Assembly (NCBI GenBank): GCA_964550065.1
Contig: CAZJWD010000003.1
Span: 93,403 to 157,402, forward strand
Source: an uncultured Methanomassiliicoccales archaeon
GTDB taxonomy: Archaea > Thermoplasmatota > Thermoplasmata > Methanomassiliicoccales > Methanomethylophilaceae
Length of the DNA stretch: 64,000 bases
Direction of reading: 5' to 3'
Shown here: piece by piece, positions 26,678 through 35,681 of the stretch
Layout of the letters: the number at the start of each line of letters is the position of its first letter
How positions within the stretch are numbered: the first letter of the stretch is position 1
Position numbers and translations under genes: made by a program
Notes under the pieces: model-generated
Database searches by the model: none
Told to the model about the DNA's origin: nothing
The model's input: only the letters and a program-made list of their open reading frames with translations

Positions 26678-27149
26678 CCCTGAGGATAACCTCTGAGATC
26701 ACCCTGCGAGCCTCATCCATACCTTTGACCAGGTATGTGGCGGCTATCAACGCCTCAAAGGAATCGGCCCTCATGTTCTCCTCGATCACCGCGTTTCCGC
26801 TCTCGTCCCTGTGGCCTCCGCCCACTCTCATGATACCGTCTATGTCGGGACCATGGGCGAGTACCCTCTCGGAGATCCTCCTGTTGGCGACCTTGTCCTG
26901 CTTGAAGTCGGTCATGGCGCCCTCGGTGAGGTCGGTGTCCCTGTATACGCATTCGCACACGGCGAACTCCAGGATCGCATCCCCCAGGAATTCCAGGCGC
27001 TCGTAGCAGACCCCTCCCCTCTCGTTGGTGTAACTGTCGTGGGTGAGGGCCTGGCAGAACAGTGCCAGCTCCTCGGCGGAGAGTCCCCTGAAACCGAAGG
27101 GCGGACGTGCCAGGAACTGGCGGACATCCATCTCGAACTCCGACTCCAT
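26652..27149 (-). CDS. rnc: Short ribonuclease III (catalytic domain only, no dsRBD)
   Basis: ALTHDSYTNE...YERLEFLGDAILEFAV RNase III signature. Only about 165 aa. Start is ATG at 27149 or GTG at 27167. Confidence 0.75.
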   Translation of the reverse strand: MESEFEMDVRQFLARPPFGFRGLSAEELALFCQALTHDSYTNERGGVCYERLEFLGDAILEFAVCECVYRDTDLTEGAMTDFKQDKVANRRISERVLAHGPDIDGIMRVGGGHRDESGNAVIEENMRADSFEALIAATYLVKGMDEARRVISEVILRDAEDDPVQ

Positions 27150-27184
27150 GGGATAGTTCCTCTGCACCCCAATCTCGGAATACC

Positions 27185-27192
27185 TTTATAAT
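27185..27192. promoter_or_regulatory. Shared near-palindromic TATA box (TTTATAAT) between divergent RNase III and rpoL genes
   Basis: Centred about 27 nt upstream of the rpoL ATG at 27214, which suggests a near-leaderless transcript. Read on the other strand it gives ATTATAAA upstream of the RNase III gene. Confidence 0.4.
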
Positions 27193-27213
27193 CAATAAGG
27201 GATAGCCGTGGGT

Positions 27214-27459
27214 ATGAAGACCTACGTTGTCGAGAAGACCGACGATTCCGTTACCCTCGCGTTCAAAGACGCCAACCTCACACTCATCACACCTCTGATG
27301 AACGTGCTGTACGAGGACGACAACGTCGAACTGGTCAGATACATCGACAAGCACCCCGAGCTCGAGGACCGCAGGCTCTACGTCAAGGTCAAGAGCGGGA
27401 ACGCCATCGAGGCCGTGAAGAAAGCTTCCGACGCCGTGGCAGGCTACTACTCCAACTGA
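27214..27459 (+). CDS. rpoL: DNA-directed RNA polymerase subunit L (Rpo11)
   Basis: MKTYVVEKTDDSVTLAFKDANLTLITPLMNVLYEDDNVELVRYIDKHPELE, a typical Rpo11 fold sequence. Confidence 0.8.
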   Translation: MKTYVVEKTDDSVTLAFKDANLTLITPLMNVLYEDDNVELVRYIDKHPELEDRRLYVKVKSGNAIEAVKKASDAVAGYYSN

Positions 27460-27506
27460 GTGAGATTTTGTACAGGAGATGCTGCACCGCGGAAGCGGAA
27501 ATCGGG

Positions 27507-28766
27507 ATGAGGAACTACCTCTGCCCGGCAGACGGGACAGGGGGGCACCTCAAGACCCTTCCCGACGATTTCGTCGTCAGGGAGATCTCCGACCCTCCGA
27601 GGGCCAAGGACAACGGCGACTACACCATCGCCACCGTGACCAGCCGCAACTGGGAGACCAACCGTCTGGTCAGGATAATGGCCCGCAGCATGGGCATGTC
27701 CCGCGAGAGGATCGGATTCGCGGGAACCAAGGACAAGAGGGCAGTCACCACCCAGCTGATGTCCTTCAAATGTCATCCAGACGAGCTGTCCAAGATAGAC
27801 CTGAAGGACGTGGAGATATCCGGAGCCTACAGAGGCAGCAGGGCGATACAGATCGGGGATTTGTTCGGGAACGAGTTCGAGATCACCGTGAAGGACTGCA
27901 CCATGGACCCGGCGGAGATCCCCGGAACCGTGGAGGAGGACATATCCGTCATCAAGAAGAACGGCGGGTTCCCCAACTACTTCGGGGTCCAAAGGTTCGG
28001 AGTGGTCAGACCGGTCACCCATCTGGTGGGCGAGAGGCTCATCAGAGGGGACATCGAAGGTGCCGTCAGGACCTATGTGTGCTTCACCACCGACGAGGAA
28101 GAGGAGTCCGTCAGCGGGATCCGCAAGTCCCTCGAGGGAACCACCGACTGGGGCGCAGCGGCATCGGTCATGCCTGAGCAGATGTCCTACGAGAAGAGCA
28201 TGGCTCAGGTCCTGGCCGGGGGCGGGGATTGGACTTCCGCCATAGACGCGCTTCCCCCGAACCTCCAAATGATGTTCGTCCATGCCTATCAATCGTACAT
28301 CTTCAATGAGATCCTCAGCCTGAGGATGGACAGGGGACTCCCACTGAACATGCCCGTGGAGGGAGATGTGGTCATACCGCTGGACTCCAACAGGAACCCT
28401 CAGCACGAGAACCCCATCCTGGCCACCGGGAAGAACCTAGACCTGGTAGCCAGGCAGGTGCGCGCCGGAAGGGCGTTCGTCACCGGAGCGCTGTTCGGCT
28501 CGGACACGTTCATGCCCGAGGGAGAACCCGGCGAGATAGAGATGAAGGTCATAGAGGAGCACGACCTGAAGCCGGAGGACTTCGTCATCCCCGGACTGCC
28601 CAGGTGCAGCTCCAAGGGCGGAAGAAGGGAGCTCCTGTGCCCGGTGAAGGACATCGGCACGTCGTTCTCCGACGAGGGCTACACTCTGACGTTCTCCCTC
28701 CCCAAGGGCAACTACGCCACATGCCTGATGAGGGAGTTCATGAAGTCAGAGATGAGGGACTACTGA
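27507..28766 (+). CDS. truD: tRNA pseudouridine synthase D (TruD/Pus7)
   Basis: DDFVVREI, catalytic GTKDKRAVTTQ, NYFGVQRFG. Internal ATG at 27507. Confidence 0.9.
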   Translation: MRNYLCPADGTGGHLKTLPDDFVVREISDPPRAKDNGDYTIATVTSRNWETNRLVRIMARSMGMSRERIGFAGTKDKRAVTTQLMSFKCHPDELSKIDLKDVEISGAYRGSRAIQIGDLFGNEFEITVKDCTMDPAEIPGTVEEDISVIKKNGGFPNYFGVQRFGVVRPVTHLVGERLIRGDIEGAVRTYVCFTTDEEEESVSGIRKSLEGTTDWGAAASVMPEQMSYEKSMAQVLAGGGDWTSAIDALPPNLQMMFVHAYQSYIFNEILSLRMDRGLPLNMPVEGDVVIPLDSNRNPQHENPILATGKNLDLVARQVRAGRAFVTGALFGSDTFMPEGEPGEIEMKVIEEHDLKPEDFVIPGLPRCSSKGGRRELLCPVKDIGTSFSDEGYTLTFSLPKGNYATCLMREFMKSEMRDY

Positions 28767-31700
28767 TTAGATAATCTGGCTCTGGACCACTCTGGCCTCG
28801 TACACGCCGATGCTGCACTGGTCCATGATCTCGTAGACGGTCATCCCCTTCGGCAGGCTCATGGACATGTCGATTAGCCTCGGATCGGCTTTGCGCCCGA
28901 CATCGGTGAACATGGCACGGTGGATGTAGGCGATCAGCTTCTTGGCATCGTCCACGTCCCTGAATCCGCACTGGACGAAAACGGCGTCCAACGGGAGCCT
29001 GGGGCTGTTCTCCAGGTCCCTCCACTCCAGCTTCATAACCGCGTCCAGAGACTTGCGCTCCATCTCCCTGAAGTCATCGGTTCCCGGAACGATGGGTCCC
29101 GCCTCCGCCTTCTCGGCGATGTAGGCGGACACCTTCTCGGACATCTCCTTGTCCAGACCCAGGAATCCAAGAATCTCCGGGTCGTCGGGTGCCGATTTAA
29201 GGGTGTAGGCTCTGCGGAGTGCCTTCTCCGCATTGCGCTTGACCGGGTTGCCTGCAGGTTCCTCGTGTTTGACCGCGACGATGCTCCGTGCCTCTGCGGA
29301 ATGTCCGGTGTCCTCCAGGATACGGGTCATGCGGATGGTCGCATCCGGCCCCGGGTTGACGCATTTGACGAAATAACCATAGGCGGCCAGCACCCCTGCG
29401 TCATCCTTACGGGACTGGGCGATCTCCGCCTTCAGGATTATGGCGGACACCCTCTGCGGGTCCTTCTTCAGAACACGGTTCAACATGCCGTCGGCAGCCA
29501 TGGACTCCCTGCGGGAGAACATCATGCGTGCCAGCCTCTCACCAACATCCAGACGGCTCGGGTCCCTTGAGAACGCGGCGGAGTAGCACTCTATGGCCCG
29601 GTCGGTGGACCCAAGGGCCTCCAGCGACTCACCCCTGAGGACATGGAGTTCCGCGTCGTCCATTCCCAGCGATGCAGCTGCATCGTACTCCTGCAGAGCA
29701 CCCCGGTGGTCCTTCTTCACGGACCTCACACGACCCATACCCATATGGAGCTCCGGACTCTCCGGATTCTCCCTCAGTGCGGAACTCACCAGGAACGCGG
29801 CCCCGTCAGGATCACCGGATGCCAGGAGGATGTCGGTCTTGAGCAGTATGAAAGGCGGATATGCGGGGTCGATGGCCAGGGCTTCGTCTATGGCCCTGAC
29901 GGCACCCTTGGTGTCATCCGCCTCGAAGAGCGAAGCGGCCAAGGTGTAGAGCGAGCCGGCGTCCGCCTGCTGCACGGCAGGTTCGGGAGACGGCTCCGAC
30001 CCCCGAATCTCGGACTCCTCGGATTGTATCGTCGGATGTTCGGTCTCTGGCGGAGCATCCGTCTCGGGAGTCTCAGACCCCTGAGGGGCATCAGCGGCCC
30101 TGCACGTGGCACGGTAGCACTCTGACGCCAGCTCCGATATCCGGATATCGTTGCGGTACTCGTCCGAGTACAGACGGAGTGACTCTCCGTAGCGACCCTC
30201 CGAATTCAGTATCGTCATCTTCCCTGCGACCACCGCTGGATGTCCAGGACATCTCACGTCGGCCAGGTCCAGGAAGCCCATGGCCTCGTCGTTCCTCCCC
30301 TCGGCGGCGAAGATCGCCGCCTTGCGGACCAACGGATGGATGTCGCCCGGATCCAGCATCAACGCCCTGTTGAAGGCTTCCACCGCGGACGCGTTCTCCC
30401 CTCTGGCCTCCTGGACCGCCGCCAGAGAGACCCACGCCCCCGGGCAGTCAGGATTCAGAGCCAGAGCCCTGCGGTAAGACTCCTCGGCGGACTCCAAGTC
30501 GCCGCGGGCCTCGTCGGACATCCCCTTGGAATGCCACAGGACCGGATCTTCGGGATCCAGACGGATTGCGTCCGCATACGATGCGGAGGCCCTGACGTAG
30601 TCTTCGGATGCATACTCTGCGTTCCCCCTGAGCCTTTTGAGCATCGGGCTGTCGGGATGGATCTTCTCGGCATCCCTGCACATGTACAACGCGTCGGACA
30701 TCATGCCGGCGGAGATGAGCCCGGACACCGCACGGACGTAGGTCTGCACGGAGCCGTCGGAACGGACGGCCTTCCCGTACATGTCCATTGCCGCATCACC
30801 GGAACCGGTGCCGGCCAGCGCATCGGCCAGGTCGAGCATGGCGGGGACGCTGTCCGGGTCGGAGTCAAGCACCCTCCGGCAGAATCCGACCGCCTTCTCA
30901 CAGTCGCCAGAGGCGACTGCCATGTCCCTGGACAGAATCAGGGCCTCCCTGTTGTCCGAATCCGCCTCCAGGATGGCCGCCGCCTCCTTGGAGGCAGCCT
31001 GCAACCTGCCCATCATGAAGCGGACCCTGGCCCTCTGGACCCTGGCGGACAGGCTCTTCCTGTCGCGGATGCAAGCCTCCATGGCCAAGGCCAGAGCGGA
31101 GACGCAGTCCCCGGACCTGGCCTTCAGCACGGACTTCATGACCAGGGCCTCGGAATCCCAGCCCATGGCGTCGGTGTAGCTCTCCAGGAGGCTCTCGGCC
31201 TCCGCCTCCATGCCCATGTCCAGGAGCATCCTCAGCGACCCGGTCCATTCCTCGGAGCCGGCCCATTCGCTGTCCAGGTACGAGCGTAGGAGCTCCATCA
31301 GCCCCTCGCGACCCTCGGTCGCCGAAGCCGTGGATATCATGCCCTTCATCGTGTCGGGGTGGGTGATGTCCGCCTCGCGGAACATCTCCATGGCACCTCT
31401 GGGGTCCCCTCCTGCGAGGCGGGCGTACGCCGCCTCGCGTACCAGATACGGAGGCGCACCGTCCAGAATCTTGGAGAACATCATGTTGGCGGAATGCCAG
31501 TCCTTCTCGTCCACAGACATACGGGCGGACGCCAGCATGAACTCCGGGTCCTGCCGGGAGTAGCCGTCAGAGGATATCAGGAGGTCGGTCGCACCGTCCC
31601 TGTTGCCTCTGAACCACTCGTAATAGATCTGATAGAGGTGCTGGACCTCTCCGTCCCCGGCGGGGTTCTCCGGCCTGCGGCCGGACACGATGTCCATGAT

Positions 31701-32213
31701 GTTCCGCCTCTGGAGCCACCCTCCCCTGGGGTCGAGCTCGTCGAGAATCGGATACAGATCGGCGAACCCGGGGTCGGCACCATGGGCTGCCAATGCGCTC
31801 TCCAAGGCATTGGCCATGTCACCGTCCTCCTTGTAAATCCTCGCGGCCGTGAACGAACGGTGCAGGACCTCCCGGGAACCGGATGACATCGACAGCAGTT
31901 CCGCGGCGGACCGGACGTCGCCTTTGGAGAGCATGATCTCCGCGGCCTTCACCGATGGGAGACAGTCACGGGTACGGCTCTTGGAGACGACCTTGACCAG
32001 ATTCTCGGATGTGGCCAGACCGGCGCCGCCCATGTGCTCCATCAGGGACACCAGCAACGCGGAGGAGAGGCTGCCCTCGTGACCGTCCAACGAATCGAGG
32101 ACCGACTGAGCGGCACCGTTGGAAGCGGAGAACCTCCCGAGAAGGCCGCCTCCGTTGAGGCGCCTCCATGAACGGCTCTCGAACTGCGATTGGAACACGG
32201 GACGGCCTGACAT
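28767..32213 (-). CDS. Large tetratricopeptide-repeat protein with an acidic Pro/Glu linker and a non-TPR C-terminal domain
   Basis: Repeated A..Y..AL.LDP.. TPR consensus over most of its 1148 aa. No catalytic motif recognised. Confidence 0.7.
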   Translation of the reverse strand: MSGRPVFQSQFESRSWRRLNGGGLLGRFSASNGAAQSVLDSLDGHEGSLSSALLVSLMEHMGGAGLATSENLVKVVSKSRTRDCLPSVKAAEIMLSKGDVRSAAELLSMSSGSREVLHRSFTAARIYKEDGDMANALESALAAHGADPGFADLYPILDELDPRGGWLQRRNIMDIVSGRRPENPAGDGEVQHLYQIYYEWFRGNRDGATDLLISSDGYSRQDPEFMLASARMSVDEKDWHSANMMFSKILDGAPPYLVREAAYARLAGGDPRGAMEMFREADITHPDTMKGMISTASATEGREGLMELLRSYLDSEWAGSEEWTGSLRMLLDMGMEAEAESLLESYTDAMGWDSEALVMKSVLKARSGDCVSALALAMEACIRDRKSLSARVQRARVRFMMGRLQAASKEAAAILEADSDNREALILSRDMAVASGDCEKAVGFCRRVLDSDPDSVPAMLDLADALAGTGSGDAAMDMYGKAVRSDGSVQTYVRAVSGLISAGMMSDALYMCRDAEKIHPDSPMLKRLRGNAEYASEDYVRASASYADAIRLDPEDPVLWHSKGMSDEARGDLESAEESYRRALALNPDCPGAWVSLAAVQEARGENASAVEAFNRALMLDPGDIHPLVRKAAIFAAEGRNDEAMGFLDLADVRCPGHPAVVAGKMTILNSEGRYGESLRLYSDEYRNDIRISELASECYRATCRAADAPQGSETPETDAPPETEHPTIQSEESEIRGSEPSPEPAVQQADAGSLYTLAASLFEADDTKGAVRAIDEALAIDPAYPPFILLKTDILLASGDPDGAAFLVSSALRENPESPELHMGMGRVRSVKKDHRGALQEYDAAASLGMDDAELHVLRGESLEALGSTDRAIECYSAAFSRDPSRLDVGERLARMMFSRRESMAADGMLNRVLKKDPQRVSAIILKAEIAQSRKDDAGVLAAYGYFVKCVNPGPDATIRMTRILEDTGHSAEARSIVAVKHEEPAGNPVKRNAEKALRRAYTLKSAPDDPEILGFLGLDKEMSEKVSAYIAEKAEAGPIVPGTDDFREMERKSLDAVMKLEWRDLENSPRLPLDAVFVQCGFRDVDDAKKLIAYIHRAMFTDVGRKADPRLIDMSMSLPKGMTVYEIMDQCSIGVYEARVVQSQII

Positions 32214-32303
32214 AGCCAGTGTATCGTCGGGTAGCTAGTAATAATTGTGGATTGGGACATTCGCCTGACGACAGGGCCATCATTCGGGACTGTGTCATTA
32301 ATC

Positions 32304-32311
32304 TTATATAC
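32304..32311 (+). promoter_or_regulatory. TATA box (TTATATAC) for tRNA-Gly
   Basis: Centred about 29 nt upstream of tRNA position +1, the classical archaeal spacing. Confidence 0.45.
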
Positions 32312-32336
32312 AAGGTTAGTTTAACGGACTTTCAGT

Positions 32337-32409
32337 GCAGCTGTGATCTAGCTGGTTAGGATCTGAGCCTTCCAAGCTCATTGCCCGGGTTCGAATCCCG
32401 GCGGCTGCA
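32337..32409 (+). tRNA. tRNA-Gly (anticodon UCC), no encoded CCA
   Basis: Hand fold: acceptor GCAGCTG/CGGCTGC; D arm GATC...GATC; anticodon stem TGAGC/GCTCA with loop CTTCCAA; T arm CCGGG-TTCGAAT-CCCGG; discriminator A. Confidence 0.9.
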
Positions 32410-32496
32410 CTCATCTTCATTTTCAAAGACTAAATCGGACTGCTCCGAACAGCGTCAGCTCTGGTCGGTTTCGTCGAGCTCCCTGGAAATCAATTA

Positions 32497-32557
32497 CTCC
32501 CGCATTCTACCAGATTCTACCGAATGCTACCATGGTAGAACCAGAACACGGATTTCA
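32497..32557 (+). repeat. Direct repeat copy 1 (TTCTACC iterons plus CTACCATGGTAG palindrome)
   Basis: CTCCCGCATTCTACCAGATTCTACCGAATGCTACCATGGTAGAACCAGAAC...ATTTCA. Overlaps the stop codon of the 32555..33868 gene. Confidence 0.7.
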
Positions 32558-33868
32558 CCGATTCTGCAACCTATAACGGGTCTGCTTACCGTTGCCCACA
32601 CGCTCGAGAAGACCTTCATCGACCATTGATGAAAGCAACGACCCCGCCTTGGATCTTGATTCCCCGAGAATCCGTTCGGCATCGGATCTAGACAAAGAAC
32701 CATTGGATCTTGCATAATCCATTATCGCGTCAACGTCGGACTGACCGTTAACCGACGGACTGATTGCAGGAAGCTCCACCTTGAACACGTTGGTGCTCAA
32801 TTGTATGGAGGGCTTTACCAGTGCGTCCTTATAATCGCCCATCATACGTGGTATCCCGGTACCGTACGACTCTATGAATCCCAGCCTGTAAAACAAAGAA
32901 GCCATCATCGGATTCCTGGGAGAGGACATCCCCTGGATGATGTCATCTACACCGAGACCTTTGGTGAGGCCGCCGTATGACGCTACTGATATCCCGTCTC
33001 CGAAGACGGATACCAATGTGTCGGCGTTCACGGAGTAGTCACGATGAACAACTGCGTTGGTCAAAGCCTCTCTCAGAGCATAGTCCGGGTATGCCCTCCA
33101 ATCCGTACGTCTGATGCCGGATATGTTTGAACGCAATGGATTGTATCTGTTCAGAAACTCCATGGCATCGCGAACTTGAGTGAGAATGGAGCCCCTTACT
33201 TCCGCACGGTCCAAAAAACCGGTTTTATTCCTGTCGGAATAGGCGGCCAGCTTCATACCGACGGTGCATTGATCCGATACAAGATATGCCAGATTGGTGT
33301 ATGATCCGCCGGAGATCAGGCCGAGGGAGATCATCTGATTCTTTCCAAACTCCACACCGGCTTCGGCGAACACATGCTCTGCCGTGCTGAAGGTGAGGTC
33401 TTGATTGAACGAGATCAATGATTCGAATGATACGGAATTCTCCCTTACCATCTTGAGGATCTGCGCTTCCGTAGCCTGAACTGACGAAGGGCCCATGCGT
33501 ACGTAGACGCCTTCGGGGCGAAGACCTTTCTCACGCAGATAGTACGGCTTTGAGGTACCTTCACAAACCTCGACTTTTACCAAATCCTTACCGTCTATGG
33601 TGACATGGTCTACATCCGTGATCATCCTAGTATCTGGGCGGATGGTGTCTGATATCAGCTGTATCAATCTCAATGATGTAGAGTCGACATCGTTGACGCC
33701 GAATGGTGTACCGTCATCATCCATGCCGATGTATAGCGTACCACCAACCGTATTGGAAAAAGCCACCACGGTTTTCATACACTCATTGGTGAGCTGCCTT
33801 TTGAATTCGGTTCTGATGTCCTCCTCCATATCGTTGAGATGTCTTGGATGTATTAAAAATTCTCCCAC
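32555..33868 (-). CDS. AlbA_2 (Schlafen-like) / HATPase_c_4 / wHTH putative DNA-binding regulator
   Basis: EFKRQL...VVAFSNTVGGTLYIGMDDDG (AlbA_2), REALTNAVVHRDYS and GFIESYGTGIPRM (HATPase_c_4-like), C-terminal LLERVGNGKQTRYRL wHTH. Start is GTG at 33868 or ATG at 33829. Confidence 0.75.
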   Translation of the reverse strand: MGEFLIHPRHLNDMEEDIRTEFKRQLTNECMKTVVAFSNTVGGTLYIGMDDDGTPFGVNDVDSTSLRLIQLISDTIRPDTRMITDVDHVTIDGKDLVKVEVCEGTSKPYYLREKGLRPEGVYVRMGPSSVQATEAQILKMVRENSVSFESLISFNQDLTFSTAEHVFAEAGVEFGKNQMISLGLISGGSYTNLAYLVSDQCTVGMKLAAYSDRNKTGFLDRAEVRGSILTQVRDAMEFLNRYNPLRSNISGIRRTDWRAYPDYALREALTNAVVHRDYSVNADTLVSVFGDGISVASYGGLTKGLGVDDIIQGMSSPRNPMMASLFYRLGFIESYGTGIPRMMGDYKDALVKPSIQLSTNVFKVELPAISPSVNGQSDVDAIMDYARSNGSLSRSDAERILGESRSKAGSLLSSMVDEGLLERVGNGKQTRYRLQNR

Positions 33869-33924
33869 GTTCTACCAAATTCTACCAAACACTACCATGG
33901 TAGAACCGAACGGGCTGAATTTCA
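33862..33924 (+). repeat. Direct repeat copy 2
   Basis: CTCCCACGTTCTACCAAATTCTACCAAACACTACCATGGTAGAACCGAAC...ATTTCA. About 40 of the first 46 positions match copy 1 in my hand alignment. Overlaps or abuts the start of the same gene. Confidence 0.7.
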
Positions 33925-34010
33925 ATTTGTGGCGACAGTGTAATCACAATTGAATCAGGTTCCAGATGATGATGCCGGCACCAAGGTGCCGGCGAAGATG
34001 TTTGTGCCGA

Positions 34011-35449
34011 TCACTTCCTGCGGGTGTCGATGACCAGCAGGGCGGCCATCATGGCTGCTGCGCAGGCTGCCGCGACACAGGCGACGACTGAGTCATCCTT
34101 CTTCTCGACGGGGTCTGCAATGACCGTGGGCGGAACCATGGGGATGTACTCGCCCTCATCGTCATAGATCGGAAGCCTGATCTGCTCCTCCAGAGCGATG
34201 GTGATGTTCAGTCTACCATCATCTACCCTGAAGGGCCCTCCTGTGGAGATGTAGCCGTCGGCCGACGCTTCGAAAGTGTAAGTTCCTGAATACAGAATGA
34301 GGGAGCCACTCCCTGTGAACGTGCGGACGATTCCTTCGTCGGAATACACCGTCACTGTTGCGGTGACAGGGGAGACGGTGAACGTCACTGTGTACTTTTT
34401 CTCGACTGTGTTACTATCGTCTTTTACGATTGTATCTAGAACGTCGTCCACACCCTCGGTACCGCGAATGCCACCTGCAATAGGGTTCATAGTCACACCG
34501 GGATTATCGCTTTTGAGAACAACATCGGATGCTGTACAATCTTCAAGAGTTCCGGTTTGAATAGCATTCTGATGATTTGTATACAAGCCAATAAGTCCTC
34601 CGATCGCAGAAGTTGCGGGATTACTGTCGATACAGTCCTGGCTGGCGTTGCTTACGACTGTCACTGATGCAACACTGCAATTCTTGATAGTATTGTCGTT
34701 GAAAACAGAACCGATGAGTCCTCCGACCTTACGGGTACCTTCGACGTGAAGATTCTGGGCCTGGTAATCGTCGATTGTATTCTTACCCTCACCTCTGAAC
34801 CCCACCAGACCTCCGACGTTATCGCCTTCCTTTTTATCCATTATGTAGGTCCCAACGACTTTACTGCCATCTTCTGTCTCTACAGAACACCCATAGATAT
34901 TTGCGTAACCCTTGCCTGCGAGACCTCCCACTTTGTAATTTCCAGAGATCTCGATGAATCCAGTGACGTAACAGTTCGATACTGTACCTGTGAACGCACT
35001 TCCAAACATCGCCCCGACTTACTCACTGCCGGTGACAATAGCATTGCGAACAGTCAGATCTACATTGGCACCTGCCACCTTGCCGAACAGCCCTGCACAG
35101 ACCAACGCGGGTTCATTGATATAGACGTTGCTAATCGTCTTTTCATTACCTTTGAATGTTCCCTTGAAATGATTCGTCTCAGTTCCTATGGGTATCCAAT
35201 GAACGTTTTTCAAATCGATATCGTTGGACAGTGTGATAATCTTGTCATCGAAATTATTGCCATCGTTCACAAGCGAGACAAGACCCACCAGCTCCTAGGC
35301 AGTTCCGATTGTGAACTCAGTTCCCTCGTTGCTATACCAACATGTGTTACCACGATGCCCGGATCCTCTCCGTCCGCTGGAACGGCGACCGCACAGGCAG
35401 TCATCAGCATGGCGAGAACGATTCCCGCCGAAAACAATGCTTTTCTCAT
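34011..35449 (-). pseudogene. GLUG-motif cell-surface protein (signal peptide and C-terminal TM anchor), disrupted in three places
   Basis: Signal peptide MRKALFSAGIVLAMLMTACAVA, then a frameshift near 35335-35345, an in-frame TAG at 35295-35297 inside ...FTIGTA*ELVGLVSLVNDG..., and an in-frame TAA at 35019-35021 inside ...VTGSE*VGAMFGS... Repeated GGL(A/V/I)G motifs. C-terminal anchor VVACVAAACAAAMMAALLVIDTRRK. Confidence 0.65.
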
Positions 35450-35501
35450 CTGTCCCTCCTTTCGGAGAGATGGAGAAGAAGGGCCAGAAGGCCATAACCC
35501 T

Positions 35502-35513
35502 CCCCCCCCCCCC
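35502..35513. repeat. C12 (G12 on the coding strand) homopolymer upstream of the surface-protein gene
   Basis: Twelve consecutive C, located 53-64 nt upstream of the ATG at 35449. Confidence 0.9.
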
Positions 35514-35681
35514 GGCTTGGTTTTTGACTTGCAATTACATTATGTACTTAATATCATAGAATGAAAAATTGATAGTTGTTTCCTTTGAATAACCGAAATG
35601 GGATTGCATCAATTGTAAGTATTTCTTCAGCTGGAGTTCGACTTCTGAATTAAATCAACACTATCATAGACAATACCAAGT

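Noticed and set aside
27447-28406. 319-aa - strand ORF
   Set aside because: It is antisense to truD, which carries the catalytic GTKDKRAVTTQ motif. Shadow ORF.
33974-33993. GCCGGCACC-AA-GGTGCCGGC hairpin downstream of the surface-protein gene, as a terminator
   Set aside because: The stem is perfect, but no oligo-T tract follows it on the transcribed strand, and archaeal termination relies mainly on T-runs. Function is not supported.
35295-35297. In-frame TAG as a pyrrolysine codon
   Set aside because: No Pyl machinery or PYLIS-like evidence is visible in this window. The same gene also has a frameshift and an in-frame TAA, so nonsense decay is the simpler reading. I kept this only as a low-probability alternative.
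35295-35534. 79-aa ORF containing QAGGGGR, encoded across the C12/G12 tract
   Set aside because: Its 3' part is simply the correct frame of the disrupted surface-protein gene. Its 5' part reads through the promoter region, so it is not an independent gene.
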